IMG/VR virus record: IMGVR_UViG_3300044624_002303
Coordinates: 1-60,203 of that record
Length of the DNA stretch: 60,203 bases
Direction: 5' to 3' (one strand)
Origin: a virus
Lineage: Duplodnaviria > Caudoviricetes
Part shown: piece by piece, positions 1 to 8,169 of the stretch
Layout of the letters: every line of letters starts with the position of its first letter
How positions within the stretch are numbered: the stretch's first letter is position 1
The notes under the pieces: model-generated
Databases searched by the model: none
Seen by the model: only the letters and a program-made list of their open reading frames with translations
Told to the model about the DNA's origin: nothing
Position numbers and translations under genes: made by a program

Positions 1-13
1 CTCAACACCAACC

Positions 14-952
14 ATGTCAACTCAAACCCAACTCGAACTCAACGCGGCGCAAGCGGCGATCTACACGCGGTCAAACATCCGGCGTGCGTTCCAGGATTTT
101 GATGACACTGAAGTCTCCGGCATTTATCTGCGAGGTGACGATTGCCTTGTGGTGCATCGCGATGGTAGTGAGCAGACTTACAACAGGGAACTAATCAAGG
201 TTGCCCATACAAACTACACCCACCGTCTCAAAGATTTCTTTTCCTATCTTGGTCCTAATTATCGTGGCCCTAGTGTATGGCACAACAATGCTTACGTATT
301 GTTTAAAGGATGGAACTACTCGCACGCACTCGGACACCTGACATCTAATGCAAAACTCCAGGCGCATTGGGCTGACAAATTTATACATGTATCAGACACC
401 AACAAAGTCCTCCATCTCCTCCAGTCCGACCAAACGGATATTGGACATTTGGTTGCACCAGACGGATTGCGGCTTCCGAATCGGCCCATTGATTTTGACA
501 GCGACATGGAAGCTGACCAGTCCACACCTGTCGTGGGTGAACCTTGGTGTTCGTGTGGGTCGTATCAGCGTCAGCTCAGCAACGTATCTGACTTTGCGGC
601 CGAGATCGAAGGATTCAAACCCTGGTGCATCCACCTGAGTTGGTTCAACAAGTACAGGGAACTGCTGTGCAAGCGCACCGAAGCACGGAATGCTAGCCCC
701 AGTGGTACACCTGAGAAGTGTGTTGCCTGGTGGTACGCACCACCCGCTGATCACATCAGTGATGGACGCTTTGTATTGTTGTATACAAACTCAGGAGCAC
801 AAGCTCCGCTTAGTCATTGGCGTACCTACAAACCGAAGGAGATCTTTACCCAGCATGATGCATGGGATCTGTTCTTTAATATGATGGAGGCTGGGTATGT
901 ACCATTTCCTGGTACTGCCTTGCCACAACTCAAGTCTGCTATCAAAAAATGA
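14..952 (+). CDS. SWIM-type zinc finger protein (phage early protein)
   Basis: 312 aa ORF with WCSCGSY...PWCIHL, matching the CxC-xn-CxH SWIM signature. Confidence 0.65.
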   Translation: MSTQTQLELNAAQAAIYTRSNIRRAFQDFDDTEVSGIYLRGDDCLVVHRDGSEQTYNRELIKVAHTNYTHRLKDFFSYLGPNYRGPSVWHNNAYVLFKGWNYSHALGHLTSNAKLQAHWADKFIHVSDTNKVLHLLQSDQTDIGHLVAPDGLRLPNRPIDFDSDMEADQSTPVVGEPWCSCGSYQRQLSNVSDFAAEIEGFKPWCIHLSWFNKYRELLCKRTEARNASPSGTPEKCVAWWYAPPADHISDGRFVLLYTNSGAQAPLSHWRTYKPKEIFTQHDAWDLFFNMMEAGYVPFPGTALPQLKSAIKK

Positions 953-1179
953 AGGAGGCAATCATTGAAGTCAGCCATGACATTCTTGAATACGCACGTC
1001 AACTTGCAACTCAACCTCTCATGACAAAACCTACGCGTTACGATCTCGATCTCCCAGAAGACACACACTGGGAGCTTGTAAAGTTAGCTGCTGAACTTAA
1101 GATGCATCATGAAGACTACGCACTAAACGTACTAATTGGTCATGTCGAATCTGAGTTGGATCGAAAAGTTCAAGCTTGA
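949..1179 (+). CDS. small hypothetical protein, possibly ribbon-helix-helix DNA-binding
   Basis: ATGA overlap with the upstream stop; RYDLDLPEDTHWELVKLAAEL resembles an RHH strand-helix pattern. Confidence 0.5.
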   Translation: MKEAIIEVSHDILEYARQLATQPLMTKPTRYDLDLPEDTHWELVKLAAELKMHHEDYALNVLIGHVESELDRKVQA

Positions 1180-1360
1180 ATGCATTGACGAAGAGGATGG
1201 CACCATGACCATCCACATCGAGTGGGATGAGAATGATCCTGAACTTGCCTATTGGACTTCTTTGGGTCCACAAGGTCAAGAAGAATTTATTTTGACTGCA
1301 CTACGAGAGGCTTGTGCCCCTTACACTGACACCGAAGTTTTTGATGATCATGTCGATTGA
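1142..1360 (+). CDS. acidic hypothetical protein
   Basis: ORF in a tightly packed co-directional run; ATG at 1142. Confidence 0.6.
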   Translation: MSNLSWIEKFKLECIDEEDGTMTIHIEWDENDPELAYWTSLGPQGQEEFILTALREACAPYTDTEVFDDHVD

Positions 1361-1766
1361 CACCTACGGCCTTTCTTCTGAGCAGTACACCGAGTTCTTC
1401 CACAAGAACATTCGTGCTGCTGCCAAGCTTTACCTTGATACCTGCAACATTTTGAGCAGCGAAGGGGTCGGCAATGTTGACTTCAAAACTGTCTCAGAGA
1501 TGTACCAAGAAGCTGTGTACACTACCAACGATGATTGTCGGCGGTACCAAAAGAGTAACAATCCTGAAGCCTTGAAGGAAAACGACATGTATGGTATGGT
1601 TCCTTCTCACCAGGAAATCATTGACATGGTTGAAACCTTGGTGACCTACACCGAAGCTCTTGACGCCAAGCTCCAGGCGCTGACCGACTACGTCAGTAAT
1701 CTGGTCACGATTACCACGGCAGGTCTCGAAGGGATCGCCACTACCCTTGACGATACGGTAGACTGA
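1350..1766 (+). CDS. hypothetical protein with C-terminal coiled coil
   Basis: ATG at 1350 overlaps the upstream gene end; helical C-terminus. Confidence 0.65.
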   Translation: MSIDTYGLSSEQYTEFFHKNIRAAAKLYLDTCNILSSEGVGNVDFKTVSEMYQEAVYTTNDDCRRYQKSNNPEALKENDMYGMVPSHQEIIDMVETLVTYTEALDAKLQALTDYVSNLVTITTAGLEGIATTLDDTVD

Positions 1767-1800
1767 GCAGGCAAGTTTGTTTCATCGGCTTGCAGTCAAC

Positions 1801-1828
1801 CGTCCTGGTCATGACGCAAAACTGACCA
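1801..1828 (+). promoter_or_regulatory. candidate H-type pseudoknot in a 5' leader
   Basis: CGTC/GACG stem; loop TGGTCA pairs with downstream TGACCA after CAAAAC; a similar motif lies at 59601. Confidence 0.4.
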
Positions 1829-1847
1829 CCCATCTCAATACCACACC

Positions 1848-1961
1848 ATGTTTGAATCCTTGTTTGCCGCCGTACTTCCGGTGATGAAAGACTTGCTTTG
1901 GGCAGCGGCTGGCATAGCGCTGACCTATCTCTTCAACAAGTTTCAAACTCAATTCAACTAA
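1848..1961 (+). CDS. 37 aa membrane peptide (absent from the ORF track)
   Basis: MFESLFAAVLPVMKDLLWAAAGIALTYLFNKFQTQFN; AC-rich leader like its neighbours; fills the gap. Confidence 0.55.
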   Translation: MFESLFAAVLPVMKDLLWAAAGIALTYLFNKFQTQFN

Positions 1962-1964
1962 ACC

Positions 1965-2678
1965 ATGACTCAGATCACACAAGCTAAACTCAAGGACTTA
2001 ACTGTCATCAAACTCTACGAGCACTACAATGCTCTTGAAAAATCACTGCCTTTACTTACTCCTGAGTCCCAGGAGCTGGCGAAAGCTGAGCTTGAAAGTT
2101 GTGCCAACCTACGCTCAGAAAAGATTGATCGTATCTATTACGCAATGGCGTCCCATGAGGATGCATTGGAACGCATCAAGAAAGAAGGTGACCTAATTAC
2201 GCAGTCCAAGCGGCACCACGAATCCCAACTGCGATCACTCAAAGGCCTGCTAAATTATTTGCGTCGGGTCCTACCACTGGACTCGAACAAAATCACCGGT
2301 CGCAATTACCAGTTCACCCTTGTTAAAAAGAAGGAACTTACAGTCGAGGTCTCATCGGACCCGGAGTTTTGGCACACTACAGAAAGAGAACTTTATTGCG
2401 TTACAGAAGAAATCACCACAACCAAACGAGTTGTATTACGATCAATGTCAGGAGAAGTTCTTGACGAAAGAACAGAACCTAAAACAACCACTAAAGTCCT
2501 CCCTAACCTCGATGCCATACGCAGCGCCTATCAAGAAGGTCGACAGCTCCCACACGGTGTCAAAGTCGTCCAAGAATACTCAGTACGATCCAAGCGCATC
2601 TTTGGAGAGCCAAGGGTGGAAATGGTTTCATCCGAGTATCCAAGCGAGTTTTTACGAGAAGATTCCAGCGCCGACTGA
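1965..2678 (+). CDS. siphovirus Gp157-like protein
   Basis: N-terminal coiled coil (EKIDRIYY...ERIKKE...LKGLLNYL) and C-terminal PNLDAIR...LPHGVKVVQEYSVR typical of Gp157/Gam-like proteins. Confidence 0.6.
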   Translation: MTQITQAKLKDLTVIKLYEHYNALEKSLPLLTPESQELAKAELESCANLRSEKIDRIYYAMASHEDALERIKKEGDLITQSKRHHESQLRSLKGLLNYLRRVLPLDSNKITGRNYQFTLVKKKELTVEVSSDPEFWHTTERELYCVTEEITTTKRVVLRSMSGEVLDERTEPKTTTKVLPNLDAIRSAYQEGRQLPHGVKVVQEYSVRSKRIFGEPRVEMVSSEYPSEFLREDSSAD

Positions 2679-2925
2679 TTGTGATGACGCTCGTATCAAG
2701 ATGAGCTGTCATGATCACGCCATCAAAGACTTTGATCTTCAACTGGAGATGAACGGTCTACAGCTAGACATGCTCAAAGAAAACGGAGAGGTTATTCCTT
2801 ACCACCTTGATGAGCATAGTGATCTTGAGGAAAAGAAACTCAAGCTTCTTGTTGGTAAACGGTTTCACCAAAATTCATCCAATGCATATTGGTACTACCT
2901 CCAGCGGGAAAAGTCAGCTAAGTAA
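2602..2925 (+). CDS. hypothetical protein (start uncertain; frame open from 2320)
   Basis: The 3' part fills the gap after Gp157; possible TTG start at 2602 or ATG near 2701. Confidence 0.5.
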   Translation: MESQGWKWFHPSIQASFYEKIPAPTDCDDARIKMSCHDHAIKDFDLQLEMNGLQLDMLKENGEVIPYHLDEHSDLEEKKLKLLVGKRFHQNSSNAYWYYLQREKSAK

Positions 2926-2959
2926 ATGCCTGTACAATAGGTAAAGCTGTAGGAGTCTC

Positions 2960-3223
2960 ATGGGTGGCGATCAAGTTCTTAATAAGTTGATTGCTGGTTT
3001 CACCAATGATGGGACTCCTCTTTCTGCAACAATTGGTTCCAAGATGGAGCATGGTGTTGTCATCTTGACAGCAGCCATGCTTTCTAATGAAAACCTTGCT
3101 GCATCAATGCATGCAGAAGAAATGGTTGATGCCGCAATTAACTATTACAACATTATCCAACAACGTCTTGGTTACTACCAGCAGGATCAAGCGCATTCAT
3201 TAGAAAGGCTTCTAGGAAGTTAA
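2960..3223 (+). CDS. hypothetical protein
   Basis: AGGAG SD and a TACAAT box upstream; 87 aa. Confidence 0.7.
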   Translation: MGGDQVLNKLIAGFTNDGTPLSATIGSKMEHGVVILTAAMLSNENLAASMHAEEMVDAAINYYNIIQQRLGYYQQDQAHSLERLLGS

Positions 3224-3259
3224 ATTCCTGCTAAGGTAAGTAAGTCTTTATTCCAAGGA

Positions 3260-3469
3260 ATGAAAACCGTTCCCGTTCCCAGATTGACCTTGTCATTTGA
3301 GGTTGACATTGAAGTTGAGTACAACTCTTTTGGCGGCAAAACTGCCGATGAAATTGCAGAAGCCCTTCAAGATGAACTCCATAACCTTGTCTTTGAGTTA
3401 GATCAGGTTATCGGGATGGACTCCCACTGCACATCCATTGCACCTTACAACCAACATGATGAATTCTGA
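3260..3469 (+). CDS. hypothetical protein
   Basis: AAGGA upstream; acidic, 69 aa. Confidence 0.6.
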   Translation: MKTVPVPRLTLSFEVDIEVEYNSFGGKTADEIAEALQDELHNLVFELDQVIGMDSHCTSIAPYNQHDEF

Positions 3470-3701
3470 TTACCTTGCCGGCTGGGACGTTAACGCTGAG
3501 CAACGCAAGGCTGATTTTATGGAGCACATGTACCAATGCAGCGGGCGTGCCAAGGCTGCTCCCGGTGTTGTTGGTCTTTACACTGGTCTATGGGAAAACT
3601 TCTGTCTTCGGGAAGCTGGTCCCATCATGCGGGATCGGTACTTTGAAATGATGGAAGCTGTCCGTCTTTACGAGGAAGGCAAGCTCAAACCTGTTTCTTA
3701 A
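3456..3701 (+). CDS. hypothetical cyanophage protein
   Basis: ATG overlapping the upstream stop; RKADFMEHMYQ...GLYTGLW motif. Confidence 0.65.
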   Translation: MMNSDYLAGWDVNAEQRKADFMEHMYQCSGRAKAAPGVVGLYTGLWENFCLREAGPIMRDRYFEMMEAVRLYEEGKLKPVS

Positions 3702-3765
3702 GGTTTACACTGAACACACTTTTGTTGTTGGACGTGCCACACTAGTGGTACGTCCCTTTTTACTT

Positions 3766-4128
3766 ATGGACACCACACAAGAACCTATAGACAGCGTTAA
3801 AAGCTGGCAAGATTGGTACCGCAAACACCGTATTGTTGCTCAAACGGACAAACCTTTAGAAGCCAAAGACTTACGCGAAAACATGCACGACACCACCAAC
3901 GCAGTTGAGACTTTGATCGACACTGATCCAAAAGCAATGTGGATTGAAAAAGCACGTGAGCATTTTGCTGACACACTTGCTGAATACCAATACGAATTGA
4001 GTGGTAAAGACTTCTACAAAGCTTTTTACCAGGCAGCAGTAGAAGCAATGGGCTATTCAGAAAAAGAATATCAACGCACCAAAGAACTGGTTGATATGCT
4101 GCGCTATCATCACCTTGGTCAAGACTGA
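3766..4128 (+). CDS. hypothetical protein
   Basis: ATG at 3766; TGATG coupling to the next gene. Confidence 0.6.
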   Translation: MDTTQEPIDSVKSWQDWYRKHRIVAQTDKPLEAKDLRENMHDTTNAVETLIDTDPKAMWIEKAREHFADTLAEYQYELSGKDFYKAFYQAAVEAMGYSEKEYQRTKELVDMLRYHHLGQD

Positions 4129-4367
4129 TGTCACGTGCGAATGATTCTGAATATCCGCAGTGGATCTGCCATTGCTGTGGTGAGAACTATGGCACGTGGT
4201 ACAAGCGTGGTACCTATGTAGGACCGCCGCATCACTATGCCACCTACCACCAAGGTACGTGTGGTGTGTGTGGTGCTGTAGATGTATCTGTCACTGAACC
4301 TCGTGATTATGGACATCTACGCGCCAAGTGGCGTAGTGAGATAATAAAGAAAGGAAATAAGAATTAA
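4128..4367 (+). CDS. small zinc-binding protein
   Basis: ICHCCG...CGVCG...TEPRDYG, two CxxC pairs. Confidence 0.6.
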   Translation: MSRANDSEYPQWICHCCGENYGTWYKRGTYVGPPHHYATYHQGTCGVCGAVDVSVTEPRDYGHLRAKWRSEIIKKGNKN

Positions 4368-4371
4368 TGCA

Positions 4372-5691
4372 ATGCCAGTATATAGAGAAGCGGGTGAACC
4401 CCTTCTATATGAAGTCGTAAAAGTACAGACTTGCAGTGGTCAACCCCTTGAGGTAACTACTGCAAGTGGTAATACTGTTTATACGCAACCTGCAGGAATG
4501 GCAGGAGATGCATTTGGAAGAACACGTGTATCAGCACCTCTGACCCTATTTGATTCAAGCCATCGTTATAACGACAATGGATTGTGGTCTACCTCCAGTG
4601 GTGCTGGTGGTACGTTTGCATTCAACGCAAACCAAGGTCTTGTTGATCTCAACGTAACCACTACATCTGGTTCTGAGATCATCAGGGAAACCAACAAGGT
4701 CTGTTCATATCAACCAGGGAAATCCTTGTTGTTTATGTCGACCTTTGTGATGAATGCTCCAAAAGCTAACCTGCGGCAACGTGTTGGTTACTACGGTGCT
4801 TCTAATGGTTTGTATCTAGAGGTTAGTGGTACCACGGAACCTGCCCTTGTTGAACGTAGTGCTGTAACTGGAAGCGTTACTGAAACACGAGTAGCACAAG
4901 CTAACTGGAACATTGACAAACTAGATGGCAATGGACCCTCAGGCTTTACGCTTGATCTCACCAAGGCTCAAATCCTTTGGTTTGATATTGAATGGCTTGG
5001 CCTTGGTACTGTACGTGCAGGGTTTGTCATCAACGGTGCATTCATTCACTGCCATTCATTCCATCACGCTAACCTAATCACATCCACTTATATAACAACG
5101 GCATCTTTGCCGTTGCGTTATGAAATTACTAATGTAGATACTACGGCAAGCAGCAGTACATTAAAACAAGTTTGTTCGACAGTCCTATCGGAAGGCGGAT
5201 ATGAACTGCGTGGAGCACAGTCTGCCATTGGTACTCCGATTGCATCACCACGTGATTTAACAGTCATCTCCACTGAGTACCCTGTCATTTCTATTCGTCT
5301 TAAATCAACCCGTCTTGATGCAATTGTTATTTTGACCGCCTTATCAATCATGGGTATTACTAACAATTCAAACTACAACTGGAAAGTAATTGTTGGGGGT
5401 ACAACCACAGGGGGATCATGGGATACCACTGGAACAACTTCTTCCGTTGAATACAACATCACTGGCACTTCCTTTACCATGGGAACAGGACGTGTGTTGG
5501 CAAGTGGTTTTGCCACTGGTTCTAACCAAGGATCAACCGTTATTGACATCTTGAAAGAAGCATTGTTTGCATTCCAGTTGGAACGCAATGGTCTTACCAG
5601 TACTGCCACGGAATTAACCTTGGTATGCAGCAGTGCCCAAGCTGGAGCTGATGTCCTTTCTTCCATGGACTGGGAGGAAATTTCAAGATGA
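4372..5691 (+). CDS. conserved phage beta-rich protein, probably structural
   Basis: 439 aa, Thr/Ser/Gly rich; DAFGRTRVS...YQPGKS...EWLGLGTVR...DWEEI family motifs seen in phages. Confidence 0.6.
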   Translation: MPVYREAGEPLLYEVVKVQTCSGQPLEVTTASGNTVYTQPAGMAGDAFGRTRVSAPLTLFDSSHRYNDNGLWSTSSGAGGTFAFNANQGLVDLNVTTTSGSEIIRETNKVCSYQPGKSLLFMSTFVMNAPKANLRQRVGYYGASNGLYLEVSGTTEPALVERSAVTGSVTETRVAQANWNIDKLDGNGPSGFTLDLTKAQILWFDIEWLGLGTVRAGFVINGAFIHCHSFHHANLITSTYITTASLPLRYEITNVDTTASSSTLKQVCSTVLSEGGYELRGAQSAIGTPIASPRDLTVISTEYPVISIRLKSTRLDAIVILTALSIMGITNNSNYNWKVIVGGTTTGGSWDTTGTTSSVEYNITGTSFTMGTGRVLASGFATGSNQGSTVIDILKEALFAFQLERNGLTSTATELTLVCSSAQAGADVLSSMDWEEISR

Positions 5692-5735
5692 GTCGTTAAT
5701 ACGCTATAATTTACAGGCGCGTTACCGCTTGTTTT

Positions 5736-6293
5736 GTGTCCATCCTCTTAAAAAACAGGCTTTCCCTAAAAGCCCATCGTACTTTGATTGAAGGACGTTT
5801 CTACATTTGTACAGAATCCCCCAGTGGATTGCGGTATAAAGTAAACTTACGTGGCTCTGCCAAAGCAGGTGCTGTTGCAGGTTCTTGTAATCACAACGGT
5901 TATTGGCAAATTGGTATCCGCATAAATGGAACATATAAAAAATTTCAAGCACATCGTATTGTTTATTTTCTTCAAACAGGTACAGATCCCGGTGAGTTAA
6001 TTGTTGATCACGCACAAGGAGTTGAAAACCCGCTTGATTTAAGGGGAGGTACTCAAAGCGATAACTTGGGTAACGCAAAAAAAAGATTGTTGGTAAATGG
6101 TAAACCAACAACAAGCAAATACAAAGGAGTTAGTTGGTTTACTTCCACACAAAAGTGGCGAGTTGAAATAAGACATCAAGGTAAATCAATTCATCTTGGT
6201 TATTTTGACGATGAAGTTACTGCTGCTTTGATGTATGATGCAAAAGCATTTGAGTTACGTGGAGACAAAGCACGTTTAAACTTTCCGCATTAG
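5736..6293 (+). CDS. HNH endonuclease with AP2 DNA-binding domain
   Basis: AHRIVY...VDH...N..DLR HNH-like core plus SKYKGVSW...KWRVEI...HLGYFDDEVTAALMYD AP2 domain. Confidence 0.85.
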   Translation: MSILLKNRLSLKAHRTLIEGRFYICTESPSGLRYKVNLRGSAKAGAVAGSCNHNGYWQIGIRINGTYKKFQAHRIVYFLQTGTDPGELIVDHAQGVENPLDLRGGTQSDNLGNAKKRLLVNGKPTTSKYKGVSWFTSTQKWRVEIRHQGKSIHLGYFDDEVTAALMYDAKAFELRGDKARLNFPH

Positions 6294-6326
6294 CCGCTGA
6301 TAAACTAGAACTATTGATTAAAAGCT

Positions 6327-6890
6327 ATGTATACCCCTGGTCCTCAAACGCAACAACCACCCCAGATGAGGGTAGAACCACTCAATTCTGGGGTGACTCC
6401 AGAGCCTCAAGCAAAGCCCAAGGCTCCTGGTAAATCAAAGAATGGTGACGTCGGGGCCTTCATCCAGCAATGCATCTCCCTTTCCTCCTACCTCAAGGAA
6501 CTTGAGACACAAGCCCATCTCATTCACCTGAACATAGAAGGTGCAAACTTTCTTGGTCTCCACGGGTTCCTTAAAGGTCAGTACGAAGCTCATTTGGAAC
6601 AGTTTGATACGTTGTCTGAATTTATTCGGTCAATGGACTACCTGCTTCCACTTTGTAGCAAAGGTTTAGCAGATGCTAGCCCAAGAATACAACATTGTAC
6701 CAGCTACAAAAACACAGATATGCTTACTGTGTACTATAAAAATCTTGAAGAGCTGGGAATGAAAACCAAAAAACTAGAACCTATTGCGGCTAAGATTGGC
6801 GCAATTGACATTCAAAACTATATGGCTGATCTTTGTGGTCAGGCTTTTAAAGCCGCATGGATGATTAAAGCGACTCTTCGTAATTCTTAA
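6327..6890 (+). CDS. dps: Dps/ferritin-like DNA-protection protein
   Basis: HLIHLNIEGANFLGLH...QYE...FDTLSEFIR...KAAWMI Dps signature; P/Q/K-rich N-terminal tail. Confidence 0.75.
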   Translation: MYTPGPQTQQPPQMRVEPLNSGVTPEPQAKPKAPGKSKNGDVGAFIQQCISLSSYLKELETQAHLIHLNIEGANFLGLHGFLKGQYEAHLEQFDTLSEFIRSMDYLLPLCSKGLADASPRIQHCTSYKNTDMLTVYYKNLEELGMKTKKLEPIAAKIGAIDIQNYMADLCGQAFKAAWMIKATLRNS

Positions 6891-7326
6891 GATAAAGAAT
6901 TGCTGTCTCAAAATATTGAATGTTATCTTCTAACATCCCAAGGGCTGTATTGCATTTTTTACAAAGCAGCCCTCTTACTTTTCCTGTTCTATGACAATGA
7001 TCAACTGATAAATTTTGTCCTGAACTACATTGTTTTTTGCAGATTAAACAAAGACCGTTTTGTTTCTTAAACATAATTTCATATTCTTCTTTACTTAAGC
7101 CATATCTTTTAAGCCAAGCAGTGTGCCGTTTGGCTTCACTACATTTGTTCCAATATTTTGAACTTGCTTTTCTGTAAACTTCTGGATTTTGAGTCCGATA
7201 TTTGGCGGTTGCTAATCCATGACAAATTTTGCATCTGCGCATATGACCATCTTTGACTCGACTTTCTTTGTAAAAAGCTTCAAGTGGCTTTAGTTTTTTG
7301 CAAGAGCTGCAAATTTTTTCTGTCAT
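6865..7326 (-). CDS. endonuclease VII-family HNH homing endonuclease
   Basis: KICSSCK...RYGLSKEEY...QNGLCLIC...LSVDHCHRTGKVRGLLCKKCNTALG. Confidence 0.88.
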   Translation of the reverse strand: MTEKICSSCKKLKPLEAFYKESRVKDGHMRRCKICHGLATAKYRTQNPEVYRKASSKYWNKCSEAKRHTAWLKRYGLSKEEYEIMFKKQNGLCLICKKQCSSGQNLSVDHCHRTGKVRGLLCKKCNTALGMLEDNIQYFETAILYLKNYEESL

Positions 7327-7351
7327 TACGAAAATTTTAATTACGAATATC

Positions 7352-7606
7352 CTAGCACTGCCAGTGCTCAAGCCTATGACAGTTGCAGCATAGCGGAATA
7401 CATTTACTGATCTCTTCCTCTACCCTGCTCCAGGCGTAACCATGGTTGACCATGGATGAGATGTTATTGTCCTTGTCACCTATGTGGTGGAACTCAAGGA
7501 CACGATGATCATTCAACCCACACTTCTTGCACTGCAAAGTCTTCTTGTACTCCAGAAGCTTTTGTCGATTCTTATCGATACGTTTTTTAGCAGTGTCCCA
7601 GGTCAC
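7352..7606 (-). CDS. small HNH endonuclease
   Basis: CKKCG...LEFHH...EEISKCIPLCCNCHRLEH. Confidence 0.8.
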   Translation of the reverse strand: MTWDTAKKRIDKNRQKLLEYKKTLQCKKCGLNDHRVLEFHHIGDKDNNISSMVNHGYAWSRVEEEISKCIPLCCNCHRLEHWQC

Positions 7607-7680
7607 GTATAGTTTTTGTGCACGTGTACCTATAATTTATCAGTTTTCTCAATAAACGTGGTTTATTGAGATTCTTAATA

Positions 7681-7756
7681 GCACCTGGGTAGGAGTCGAA
7701 CCTACATCGTCCTGCAGCGGCAGTAACCGTCTTATCCAATTAGCTCGGACCAGGTG
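7681..7756 (-). ncRNA. tRNA-like RNA with a non-canonical anticodon arm
   Basis: Acceptor CACCTGG/CCAGGTG, T-arm GTAGG-TTCGACT-CCTAC, D-loop AATTGGATA; the anticodon arm closes a 4-nt loop (CTGC-CGCT-GCAG). Confidence 0.65.
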
Positions 7757-7757
7757 A

Positions 7758-7829
7758 TCGGGAATGCAGGGATCGAACCTGCGACTTTCTGCTCCCAAAG
7801 CAGACGCGCTACCGCTGCGCTAATTCCCG
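7758..7829 (-). tRNA. tRNA-Pro(TGG)
   Basis: Canonical cloverleaf: CGGGAAT/ATTCCCG, D-arm GCGC/GCGC, TCTGC-TTTGGGA-GCAGA, T-arm GCAGG-TTCGATC-CCTGC; no encoded CCA. Confidence 0.95.
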
Positions 7830-7832
7830 GTG

Positions 7833-7918
7833 TTAGGGCAAGGATGTCCGCCTACGATGATCTACGATGCGGCCGAGGGGATCCTTTGTTTAATACAACG
7901 TTCCTTGTTGCACCCTGA
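7833..7918 (-). ncRNA. candidate structured ncRNA between tRNAs
   Basis: Ends pair (AGGG..CAAGGA / TCCTTG.CCCT); internal CCGC/GCGG hairpin; no ORF. Confidence 0.4.
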
Positions 7919-7989
7919 TCGGTCGTGCTGGAATCGAACCAGCTTTCTCGTGCATTGTCTGCCCGTCCTTACCAATAGACTACCGACCG
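7919..7989 (-). ncRNA. tRNA-like RNA with a degenerate anticodon arm
   Basis: Acceptor CGGTCG/CGACCG, D-arm GTCT-ATTGGTAA-GGAC, T-arm GCTGG-TTCGATT-CCAGC; anticodon arm GCA-GACAA-TGC has a 5-nt loop and no U33. Confidence 0.65.
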
Positions 7990-7993
7990 AGTG

Positions 7994-8077
7994 ACCCCCT
8001 GGTTTGTGCATCATCCTGAAAACCATTTTGGTGACGTCAACAAAATGGTCTACGTATAGGAGCTAAGCATAGGGGGT
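7994..8077 (-). ncRNA. candidate structured ncRNA (possibly abiF-motif-like)
   Basis: Terminal stem ACCCCCT/AGGGGGT, inner TCCT/AGGA and 9-bp ACCATTTTG/CAAAATGGT hairpin, 3' GGATGATGCACAAACC. Confidence 0.45.
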
Positions 8078-8084
8078 GTTGTTA

Positions 8085-8167
8085 ATAGATGGATGCAGTG
8101 TAACTGGCTTACCGACAATCGGGCTGTGAGTTAACCAGGCGTATCCAGACAGTGACTGCACCTCTAT
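8085..8167 (-). ncRNA. candidate structured ncRNA
   Basis: Terminal stem ATAGA.GTGCAGT/ACTGCAT..TCTAT; inner CTGG/CCAG and CCGA/TCGG. Confidence 0.4.
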
Positions 8168-8169
8168 CT

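Noticed and set aside
5722-6114. 130 aa - strand ORF
   Set aside because: Antisense to the well-supported HNH-AP2 gene.
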